From: Eledone cirrhosa
Lineage: Eukaryota
Direction of reading: 5' to 3'
Length of the DNA stretch: 64,000 nucleotides
Assembly (NCBI GenBank): GCA_964016885.1
Contig: OZ024752.1
Coordinates: 27,404,001-27,468,000 of the forward strand
Below the pieces are notes generated by a model. It saw nothing but the letters and a program-made list of their open reading frames with translations, made no database searches and was not told where the DNA came from. A program made the translations under genes and the position numbers. Shown piece by piece: positions 1 through 12,440 of the stretch (positions are counted from its first letter, which is position 1; each line of letters opens with the position of its first letter).

Positions 1-3000
1 ACCAACTTCGTCTATCAACACACAAACTGTGGAACTAGTACCAACTTCGTCTATCAACACACGAACTGTGGAACTAGTACCAACTTCGGCTATCAACACA
101 CAAACTGTGGAACTAGTACAGACTTCGTCTATCAACACACAAACTGTGGATCTAGTACCGACTTCGGCTATCAACACACAAACTGTGGAACTAGTACCAA
201 CTTCGACTATCAACACACAAACTGTGGAACTAGTACCAAATTCTTCTATCAACACACAAACTGTGGAACTAGTACCAACTTCGACTATCAACACACGAAC
301 TGTGGAACTAGTACCAACTTCGACTATCAACACACAAACTGTGGAACTAGTACCAACTTCTTCTATCAGCACACAAACTGTGCAACTAGTACCAACTTCG
401 GCTATCAACACACAAACTGTGGAACTAGTACCAACTTCGTCTATCAACACACAAACTGTGCAACTAGTACCAACTTCTATCAACACACAAACTGTGCAAC
501 TAGTATCAACTTCGGCTATCAACACACAAACTGTGGAACTAGTACCAACTTCTTCTATCAACACACAAACTGTGCAACTAGTACCAACTTCGGCTATCAA
601 CACACAAACTGTGGACCTAGTACCAACTTCGTCTATCAACACACAAACTGTGGAACTAGTACCAGCTTCGGCTATCAACAGACAAACTCTGGAACTAGTA
701 CCAAATTCGTCTATCAACACACAAACTGTGGAACTAGTACCAACTTCTTTATCAACACACAAACTGTGCAACTAGTACCAACTTCGGTTATCAACACACA
801 AACTGAGGAACTAGTACCAACTACAGCTATCAACACACAATCTCTGGAACTAGTACCAGCTTCGTCTATCAACACACAAACCGTGGAACTAGTACACACT
901 TCGTGTATCAACACACAAACTGTGGAACTAGTACCAACTTCGGCTATCAATACACAAACTGTGGAACTAGTACCAACTTCGGCTATCAACACACAAACTG
1001 TGAAACTAGTACCAACTTCGGCTATCAACACACGAACTGTGGACCTAGTGCCAACTTCGTCTATCAACACACAAACTGTGGAACTAGTACCAAATTCGTC
1101 TATCAACACACAAACTGTGGAACTAGTACAAACTTCGGCTGTCAACACACAAATTGTAGAACTAGTACCAACTTGGTGTATCAACACAGAAACTGTGGAA
1201 CTAGTACCAACTTCGTCTATCAACACACAAACTGTGAAACTAGTACCAACTTCGACTATCAACACACAAACTGAGGAACTAGTACCAACTACAGCTATCA
1301 ACACACAATCTCTGGAACTAGTACCAGCTTCGTCTATCAACACACAAACCGTGGAACTAGTACACACTTCGTGTATCAACACACAAGCTGTGAAACTAGT
1401 ACCAACTTCGGCTATCAACACACAAACTGTGGAACTAGTACCAACTACGGCTATCAACACACAAACTGTGGAACTAGTACCAACTTCGGCTATCAACACA
1501 CGAACTGTGGACCTAGTGCCAACTTCGTCTATCAACACACAAACTGTGGAACTAGTACCAAATTCGGCTATCAACACACAAACTGTGGAACTAGTACAAA
1601 CTTCGGCTGTCAACACACAAATTGTAGAACTAGTACCAACTTCGTGTATCAACACAGAAACTGTGGAACTAGTACCTACTTCGTCTATCAACACACAAAC
1701 TGTGGAACTAGTACCAACTTCGTCTATCAACACACAAACTGTGGAACTAGTACCAACTTCTTCTATCAACACACAAATTGTGGAACTAGTACCAACTTCG
1801 TGTATCAACACACAAACTGTGGAACTAGTACCAACTTCGTCTATCAACACACAAACTGTGGAACTAGTACCAGCTTCGGCTATCAACAGACAAATTGTAG
1901 AACTAGTACCAACTTCGTCTATCAACACACAAACTGTGGAACTAGTACCAAATTCGTCTATCAACACACAAATTGTGGAACTAGTACCAACTTCGTTTAT
2001 CAACACAGAAACTGTGGAACTAGTACCAACTTCGGCTATCAACACACAAACTGTGGAACTAGTACCAACTTCTTTATCAACACACAAACTGTGCAACTAG
2101 TACCAACTTCGGCTATCAACACACAAACTGAGGAACTAGTACCAACTACAGCTATCAACACACGATCTCTGGAACTAGTACCAACTTCGGCTATCAACAC
2201 ACAAACTGTGGAACTAGTACCAACTTCGGCTATCAACACACAAACTGTGGAACTAGTACCAACTTCGGCTATCAACACACGAACTGTGGACCTAGTGCCA
2301 ACTTCGTCTATCAACACACAAACTGTGGAACTAGTACCAAATTCGTCTATCAACACACAAACTGTGGAACTAGTACCAACTTCGTGTATCAACACAGAAA
2401 CTGTGGAACTAGTACCAACTTCGTCTATCAACACACAAACTGTGGAACTAGTACCAACTTCGTCTATCAACACACAAACTGTGGAACTAGTACCAACTTC
2501 TTCTATCAACACACAAACTGTGGAACTAGTACCTACTTCGAATATCGACACACAAACTGTGGAACTAGTACCAACTTCGACTATCAACACACAAACTGTG
2601 GAACTAGTACCAACTTCGTCTATCAACACACAAACTGTGGAACTAGTACCAACGTCTTTATCAACACACAAACTGTGCAACTAGTACCAACTTCAGCTAT
2701 CAACACACAATCTGTGGAACTAGTACCAACTTCGGCTATCAACACACAAACTGTGGAACTAGTACCAACTTCGTCTATCAACACACAAACTGTGGAACTT
2801 GTACCAACTTCTTCTATAAACACACAAATTGTGGAACTAGTACCTACTTCGAATATCGACACACAAACTGTGGAACTAGTACCAACTTCGACTATCAACA
2901 CACAAACTGTGTAACTAGTACCAACTTCGTCTATCAACACACAATCTGTGGAGCTAGTACCAACTTCTTTATCAACACACAAACTGTGCAACTAGTACCA

Positions 3001-6000
3001 ACTTCAGCTATCAACACACAATCTGTGGAACTAGTACCAACTTCGGCTATCAACACACGAACTGTGGAACTAGTACCAACTTCTTCTATCAACACACAAA
3101 TTGTGGAACTAGTACCAACTTCGTGTATCAACACAGAAACTGTGGAACTAGTACCGACTTCGACTATCAACACACAAACTGTAGAACTAGTACCAACTTC
3201 TTCTATCAACACACACACTGTGGAACTAGTACCAAATTCGACTATCAACACACAAACTGAGGAACTAGTACCAACTTCGGCTATCAACACACAATCTCTG
3301 GAACTAGTACCAGCTTCGTCTATCAACACACAAACCGTGGAACTAGTACACACTTCGTGTATCAACACACAAACTGTGGAACTAGTACCAACTTCGGCTA
3401 TCAACACACAAACTGTGGAACTAGTACCAACTACGGCTATCAACACACAAACTGTGGAACTAGTACCAACTTCGGCTATCAACACACGAACTGTGGACCT
3501 AGTGCCAACTTCGTCTATCAACACACAAACTGTGGAACTAGTACCAAATTCGGCTATAAACACACAAACTGTGGAACTAGTACAAACTTCGGCTGTCAAC
3601 ACACAAATTGTAGAACTAGTACCAACTTCGTGTATCAACACAGAAACTGTGGAACTAGTACCAACTTCGTCTATCAACACACAAACTGTGGAACTAGTAC
3701 CAACTTCGCCTATCAACACACAAACTGTGGAACTAGTACCAACTTCTTCTATCAACACACAAATTGTGGAACTAGTACCAACTTCGTGTATCAACACAGA
3801 AACTGTGGAACTAGTACCAACTTCGTCTATCAACACACAAACTGTGGAACTAGTACCAACTTCGTCTATCAACACACGAACTGTGGAACTAGTACCAACT
3901 TCGGCTATCAACACACAAACTGTGGAACTAGTACAGACTTCGTCTATCAACACACAAACTGTGGATCTAGTACCGACTTCGGCTATCAACACACAAACTG
4001 TGGAACTAGTACCAACTTCGACTATCAACACACAAACTGTGGAACTAGTACCAAATTCTTCTATCAACACACAAACTGTGGAACTAGTACCAACTTCGAC
4101 TATCAACACACGAACTGTGGAACTAGTACCAACTTCGACTATCAACACACAAACTGTGGAACTAGTACCAACTTCTTCTATCAGCACACAAACTGTGCAA
4201 CTAGTACCAACTTCGGCTATCAACACACAAACTGTGGAACTAGTACCAACTTCGTCTATCAACACACAAACTGTGCAACTAGTACCAACTTCTATCAACA
4301 CACAAACTGTGCAACTAGTATCAACTTCGGCTATCAACACACAAACTGTGGAACTAGTACCAACTTCTTCTATCAACACACAAACTGTGCAACTAGTACC
4401 AACTTCGGCTATCAACACACAAACTGTGGACCTAGTACCAACTTCGTCTATCAACACACAAACTGTGGAACTAGTACCAGCTTCGGCTATCAACAGACAA
4501 ACTCTGGAACTAGTACCAAATTCGTCTATCAACACACAAACTGTGGAACTAGTACCAACTTCTTTATCAACACACAAACTGTGCAACTAGTACCAACTTC
4601 GGTTATCAACACACAAACTGAGGAACTAGTACCAACTACAGCTATCAACACACAATCTCTGGAACTAGTACCAGCTTCGTCTATCAACACACAAACCGTG
4701 GAACTAGTACACACTTCGTGTATCAACACACAAACTGTGGAACTAGTACCAACTTCGGCTATCAATACACAAACTGTGGAACTAGTACCAACTTCGGCTA
4801 TCAACACACAAACTGTGAAACTAGTACCAACTTCGGCTATCAACACACGAACTGTGGACCTAGTGCCAACTTCGTCTATCAACACACAAACTGTGGAACT
4901 AGTACCAAATTCGTCTATCAACACACAAACTGTGGAACTAGTACAAACTTCGGCTGTCAACACACAAATTGTAGAACTAGTACCAACTTGGTGTATCAAC
5001 ACAGAAACTGTGGAACTAGTACCAACTTCGTCTATCAACACACAAACTGTGAAACTAGTACCAACTTCGACTATCAACACACAAACTGAGGAACTAGTAC
5101 CAACTACAGCTATCAACACACAATCTCTGGAACTAGTACCAGCTTCGTCTATCAACACACAAACCGTGGAACTAGTACACACTTCGTGTATCAACACACA
5201 AGCTGTGAAACTAGTACCAACTTCGGCTATCAACACACAAACTGTGGAACTAGTACCAACTACGGCTATCAACACACAAACTGTGGAACTAGTACCAACT
5301 TCGGCTATCAACACACGAACTGTGGACCTAGTGCCAACTTCGTCTATCAACACACAAACTGTGGAACTAGTACCAAATTCGGCTATCAACACACAAACTG
5401 TGGAACTAGTACAAACTTCGGCTGTCAACACACAAATTGTAGAACTAGTACCAACTTCGTGTATCAACACAGAAACTGTGGAACTAGTACCTACTTCGTC
5501 TATCAACACACAAACTGTGGAACTAGTACCAACTTCGTCTATCAACACACAAACTGTGGAACTAGTACCAACTTCTTCTATCAACACACAAATTGTGGAA
5601 CTAGTACCAACTTCGTGTATCAACACACAAACTGTGGAACTAGTACCAACTTCGTCTATCAACACACAAACTGTGGAACTAGTACCAGCTTCGGCTATCA
5701 ACAGACAAATTGTAGAACTAGTACCAACTTCGTCTATCAACACACAAACTGTGGAACTAGTACCAAATTCGTCTATCAACACACAAATTGTGGAACTAGT
5801 ACCAACTTCGTTTATCAACACAGAAACTGTGGAACTAGTACCAACTTCGGCTATCAACACACAAACTGTGGAACTAGTACCAACTTCTTTATCAACACAC
5901 AAACTGTGCAACTAGTACCAACTTCGGCTATCAACACACAAACTGAGGAACTAGTACCAACTACAGCTATCAACACACGATCTCTGGAACTAGTACCAAC

Positions 6001-7183
6001 TTCGGCTATCAACACACAAACTGTGGAACTAGTACCAACTTCGGCTATCAACACACAAACTGTGGAACTAGTACCAACTTCGGCTATCAACACACGAACT
6101 GTGGACCTAGTGCCAACTTCGTCTATCAACACACAAACTGTGGAACTAGTACCAAATTCGTCTATCAACACACAAACTGTGGAACTAGTACCAACTTCGT
6201 GTATCAACACAGAAACTGTGGAACTAGTACCAACTTCGTCTATCAACACACAAACTGTGGAACTAGTACCAACTTCGTCTATCAACACACAAACTGTGGA
6301 ACTAGTACCAACTTCTTCTATCAACACACAAACTGTGGAACTAGTACCTACTTCGAATATCGACACACAAACTGTGGAACTAGTACCAACTTCGACTATC
6401 AACACACAAACTGTGGAACTAGTACCAACTTCGTCTATCAACACACAAACTGTGGAACTAGTACCAACGTCTTTATCAACACACAAACTGTGCAACTAGT
6501 ACCAACTTCAGCTATCAACACACAATCTGTGGAACTAGTACCAACTTCGGCTATCAACACACAAACTGTGGAACTAGTACCAACTTCGTCTATCAACACA
6601 CAAACTGTGGAACTTGTACCAACTTCTTCTATAAACACACAAATTGTGGAACTAGTACCTACTTCGAATATCGACACACAAACTGTGGAACTAGTACCAA
6701 CTTCGACTATCAACACACAAACTGTGTAACTAGTACCAACTTCGTCTATCAACACACAATCTGTGGAGCTAGTACCAACTTCTTTATCAACACACAAACT
6801 GTGCAACTAGTACCAACTTCAGCTATCAACACACAATCTGTGGAACTAGTACCAACTTCGGCTATCAACACACGAACTGTGGAACTAGTACCAACTTCTT
6901 CTATCAACACACAAATTGTGGAACTAGTACCAACTTCGTGTATCAACACAGAAACTGTGGAACTAGTACCGACTTCGACTATCAACACACAAACTGTAGA
7001 ACTAGTACCAACTTCTTCTATCAACACACACACTGTGGAACTAGTACCAAATTCGACTATCAACACACAAACTGAGGAACTAGTACCAACTTCGGCTATC
7101 AACACACAATCTCTGGAACTAGTACCAGCTTCGTCTATCAACACACAAACCGTGGAACTAGTACACACTTCGTGTATCAACAC
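1..7183. repeat. Higher-order duplication, period 3815 bp (98 monomers)
   Basis: Identical ORF translations are offset by 3815 (714/4529, 903/4718, 1371/5186, 2039/5854, 2623/6438). 98x39=3822, minus four 1-bp deletions and one 3-bp deletion, gives 3815. The match breaks near 3369/7184. Confidence 0.95.
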
Positions 7184-10100
7184 GCAAACTGTGAAACTAG
7201 TACCAACTTCGGCTATCAACACACAAACTGTGGAACTAGTACCAACTACGGCTATCAACACACAAACTTGGAACTAGTACCAACTTCGGCTATCAACACA
7301 CGAACTGTGGACCTAGTGCCAACTTCGTCTATCAACACACAAACTGTGGAACTAGTACCAAATTCGGCTATCAACACACAAACTGTGGAACTAGTACAAA
7401 CTTCGGCTGTCAACACACAAATTGTAGAACTAGTACCAACTTCGTGTATCAACACAGAAACTGTGGAACTAGTACCTACTTCGTCTATCAACACACAAAC
7501 TGTGGAACTAGTACCAACTTCGTCTATCAACACACAAACTGTGGAACTAGTACCAACTTCTTCTATCAACACACAAATTGTGGAACTAGTACCAACTTCG
7601 TGTATCAACACAGAAACTGTGGAACTAGTACCAACTTCGTCTATCAACACACAAACTGTGGAACTAGTACCAACTTCGTCTATCAACACACAAACTGTGG
7701 AACTAGTACCAACTTCGGCTATCAACACACAAACTGTGGAACTAGTACAGACTTCGTCTATCAACACACAAACTGTGGAACTAGTACCGACTTCGGCTAT
7801 CAACACACAATCTGTGGAACTAGTACCAACTTCGACTATCAACACACAAACTGTGGAACTAGTACCAACTTCTTCTGTCAACACACAAACTGTGGAACTA
7901 GTACCAACTTCTTCTATCAACACACAAACTGTGCAACTAGTACCAACTTCGGCTATCAACACACAAACTGTGGACCTAGTACCAACTTCGTCTATCAACA
8001 CACAAACTGTGGAACTAGTACCAGCTTCGGCTATCAACAGACAAATTGTAGAACTAGTACCAACTTCGTCTATCAACACACAAACTGTGGAACTAGTACC
8101 AAATTCGTCTATCAACACACAAGTTGTGGAACTAGTACCAACTTCGTGTATCAACACACGAACTGTGGAACTAGTACCAACTTCGGCTATCAACACACAA
8201 ACTGTGGAACTAGTACAGACTTCGTCTATCAACACACAAACTGTGGATCTAGTACCGACTTCGGCTATCAACACACAAACTGTGGAACTAGTACCAACTT
8301 CGACTATCAACACACAAACTGTGGAACTAGTACCAAATTCTTCTATCAACACACAAACTGTGGAACTAGTACCAACTTCGACTATCAACACACGAACTGT
8401 GGAACTAGTACCAACTTCGACTATCAACACACAAACTGTGGAACTAGTACCAACTTCTTCTATCAGCACACAAACTGTGCAACTAGTACCAACTTCGGCT
8501 ATCAACACACAAACTGTGGAACTAGTACCAACTTCGTCTATCAACACACAAACTGTGCAACTAGTACCAACTTCTATCAACACACAAACTGTGCAACTAG
8601 TATCAACTTCGGCTATCAACACACAAACTGTGGAACTAGTACCAACTTCTTCTATCAACACACAAACTGTGCAACTAGTACCAACTTCGGCTATCAACAC
8701 ACAAACTGTGGACCTAGTACCAACTTCGTCTATCAACACACAAACTGTGGAACTAGTACCAGCTTCGGCTATCAACAGACAAACTCTGGAACTAGTACCA
8801 AATTCGTCTATCAACACACAAACTGTGGAACTAGTACCAACTTCTTTATCAACACACAAACTGTGCAACTAGTACCAACTTCGGTTATCAACACACAAAC
8901 TGAGGAACTAGTACCAACTACAGCTATCAACACACAATCTCTGGAACTAGCACCAGCTTCGTCTATCAACACACAAACCGTGGAACTAGTACACACTTCG
9001 TGTATCAACACACAAACTGTGGAACTAGTACCAACTTCGGCTATCAATACACAAACTGTGGAACTAGTACCAACTTCGGCTATCAACACACAAACTGTGG
9101 AACTAGTACCAACTTCGGCTATCAACACACGAACTGTGGACCTAGTGCCAACTTCGTCTATCAACACACAAACTGTGGAACTAGTACCAAATTCGTCTAT
9201 CAACACACAAACTGTGGAACTAGTACAAACTTCGGCTGTCAACACACAAATTGTAGAACTAGTACCAACTTGGTGTATCAACACAGAAACTGTGGAACTA
9301 GTACCAACTTCGTCTATCAACACACAAACTGTGAAACTAGTACCAACTTCGACTATCAACACACAAACTGAGGAACTAGTACCAACTACAGCTATCAACA
9401 CACAATCTCTGGAACTAGTACCAGCTTCGTCTATCAACACACAAACCGTGGAACTAGTACACACTTCGTGTATCAACACACAAGCTGTGAAACTAGTACC
9501 AACTTCGGCTATCAACACACAAACTGTGGAACTAGTACCAACTACGGCTATCAACACACAAACTGTGGAACTAGTACCAACTTCGGCTATCAACACACGA
9601 ACTGTGGACCTAGTGCCAACTTCGTCTATCAACACACAAACTGTGGAACTAGTACCAAATTCGGCTATCAACACACAAACTGTGGAACTAGTACAAACTT
9701 CGGCTGTCAACACACAAATTGTAGAACTAGTACCAACTTCGTGTATCAACACAGAAACTGTGGAACTAGTACCTACTTCGTCTATCAACACACAAACTGT
9801 GGAACTAGTACCAACTTCGTCTATCAACACACAAACTGTGGAACTAGTACCAACTTCTTCTATCAACACACAAATTGTGGAACTAGTACCAACTTCGTGT
9901 ATCAACACACAAACTGTGGAACTAGTACCAACTTCGTCTATCAACACACAAACTGTGGAACTAGTACCAGCTTCGGCTATCAACAGACAAATTGTAGAAC
10001 TAGTACCAACTTCGTCTATCAACACACAAACTGTGGAACTAGTACCAAATTCGTCTATCAACACACAAATTGTGGAACTAGTACCAACTTCGTTTATCAA

Positions 10101-12440
10101 CACAGAAACTGTGGAACTAGTACCAACTTCGGCTATCAACACACAAACTGTGGAACTAGTACCAACTTCTTTATCAACACACAAACTGTGCAACTAGTAC
10201 CAACTTCGGCTATCAACACACAAACTGAGGAACTAGTACCAACTACAGCTATCAACACACGATCTCTGGAACTAGTACCAACTTCGGCTATCAACACACA
10301 AACTGTGGAACTAGTACCAACTTCGGCTATCAACACACAAACTGTGGAACTAGTACCAACTTCGGCTATCAACACACGAACTGTGGACCTAGTGCCAACT
10401 TCGTCTATCAACACACAAACTGTGGAACTAGTACCAAATTCGTCTATCAACACACAAACTGTGGAACTAGTACCAACTTCGTGTATCAACACAGAAACTG
10501 TGGAACTAGTACCAACTTCGTCTATCAACACACAAACTGTGGAACTAGTACCAACTTCGTCTATCAACACACAAACTGTGGAACTAGTACCAACTTCTTC
10601 TATCAACACACAAACTGTGGAACTAGTACCTACTTCGAATATCGACACACAAACTGTGGAACTAGTACCAACTTCGACTATCAACACACAAACTGTGGAA
10701 CTAGTACCAACTTCGTCTATCAACACACAAACTGTGGAACTAGTACCAACGTCTTTATCAACACACAAACTGTGCAACTAGTACCAACTTCAGCTATCAA
10801 CACACAATCTGTGGAACTAGTACCAACTTCGGCTATCAACACACAAACTGTGGAACTAGTACCAACTTCGTCTATCAACACACAAACTGTGGAACTTGTA
10901 CCAACTTCTTCTATAAACACACAAATTGTGGAACTAGTACCTACTTCGAATATCGACACACAAACTGTGGAACTAGTACCAACTTCGACTATCAACACAC
11001 AAACTGTGGAACTAGTACCAACTTCGTCTATCAACACACAATCTGTGGAGCTAGTACCAACTTCTTTATCAACACACAAACTGTGCAACTAGTACCAACT
11101 TCAGCTATCAACACACAATCTGTGGAACTAGTACCAACTTCGGCTATCAACACACGAACTGTGGAACTAGTACCAACTTCTTCTATCAACACACAAATTG
11201 TGGAACTAGTACCAACTTCGTGTATCAACACAGAAACTGTGGAACTAGTACCGACTTCGACTATCAACACACAAACTGTAGAACTAGTACCAACTTCTTC
11301 TATCAACACACACACTGTGGAACTAGTACCAAATTCGACTATCAACACACAAACTGAGGAACTAGTACCAACTTCGGCTATCAACACACAATCTCTGGAA
11401 CTAGTACCAGCTTCGTCTATCAACACACAAACCGTGGAACTAGTACACACTTCGTGTATCAACACGCAAACTGTGAAACTAGTACCAACTTCGGCTATCA
11501 ACACACAAACTGTGGAACTAGTACCAACTACGGCTATCAACACACAAACTTGGAACTAGTACCAACTTCGGCTATCAACACACGAACTGTGGACCTAGTG
11601 CCAACTTCGTCTATCAACACACAAACTGTGGAACTAGTACCAAATTCGGCTATCAACACACAAACTGTGGAACTAGTACAAACTTCGGCTGTCAACACAC
11701 AAATTGTAGAACTAGTACCAAATTCGTGTATCAACACAGAAACTGTGGAACTAGTACCTACTTCGTCTATCAACACACAAACTGTGGAACTAGTACCAAC
11801 TTCGTCTATCAACACACAAACTGTGGAACTAGTACCAACTTCTTCTATCAACACACAAATTGTGGAACTAGTACCAACTTCGTGTATCAACACAGAAACT
11901 GTGGAACTAGTACCAACTTCGTCTATCAACACACAAACTGTGGAACTAGTACCAACTTCGTCTATCAACACACAAACTGTGGAACTAGTACCAACTTCGG
12001 CTATCAACACACAAACTGTGGAACTAGTACAGACTTCGTCTATCAACACACAAACTGTGGAACTAGTACCGACCTCGGCTATCAACACACAATCTGTGGA
12101 ACTAGTACCAACTTCGACTATCAACACACAAACTGTGGAACTAGTACCAACTTCTTCTGTCAACACACAAACTGTGGAACTAGTACCAACTTCTTCTATC
12201 AACACACAAACTGTGCAACTAGTACCAACTTCGGCTATCAACACACAAACTGTGGACCTAGTACCAACTTCGTCTATCAACACACAAACTGTGGAACTAG
12301 TACCAGCTTCGGCTATCAACAGACAAATTGTAGAACTAGTACCAACTTCGTCTATCAACACACAAACTGTGGAACTAGTACCAAATTCGTCTATCAACAC
12401 ACAAGTTGTGGAACTAGTACCAACTTCGTGTATCAACACA
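3867..12440. repeat. Higher-order duplication, period 4282 bp (110 monomers)
   Basis: ORF offsets of 4282 (4529/8811, 5186/9468, 6749/11031, 7172/11454). 110x39=4290, minus 8 bp of deletions. A few private SNPs distinguish the copies (e.g. GCACC near 8951; GTGTAA near 6727 versus GTGGAA near 11009). Confidence 0.93.

Noticed and set aside
19-24. (CA)n microsatellite
   Set aside because: There are only 3-4 units inside the monomer and length change is very rare (one 2-bp loss near 30541), so it is not an independent feature.
6-34. CENP-B box-like words (CTTCG and TGGAA)
   Set aside because: The spacing does not match the 17-bp box and the essential CGGG element is absent.
3213-3223. RAG recombination-signal heptamer (CACTGTG in the CACACACTGTG variant; CACAGTG near 14738)
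   Set aside because: It arises from a single substitution in the monomer, and no ACAAAAACC nonamer is present at 12- or 23-bp spacing.
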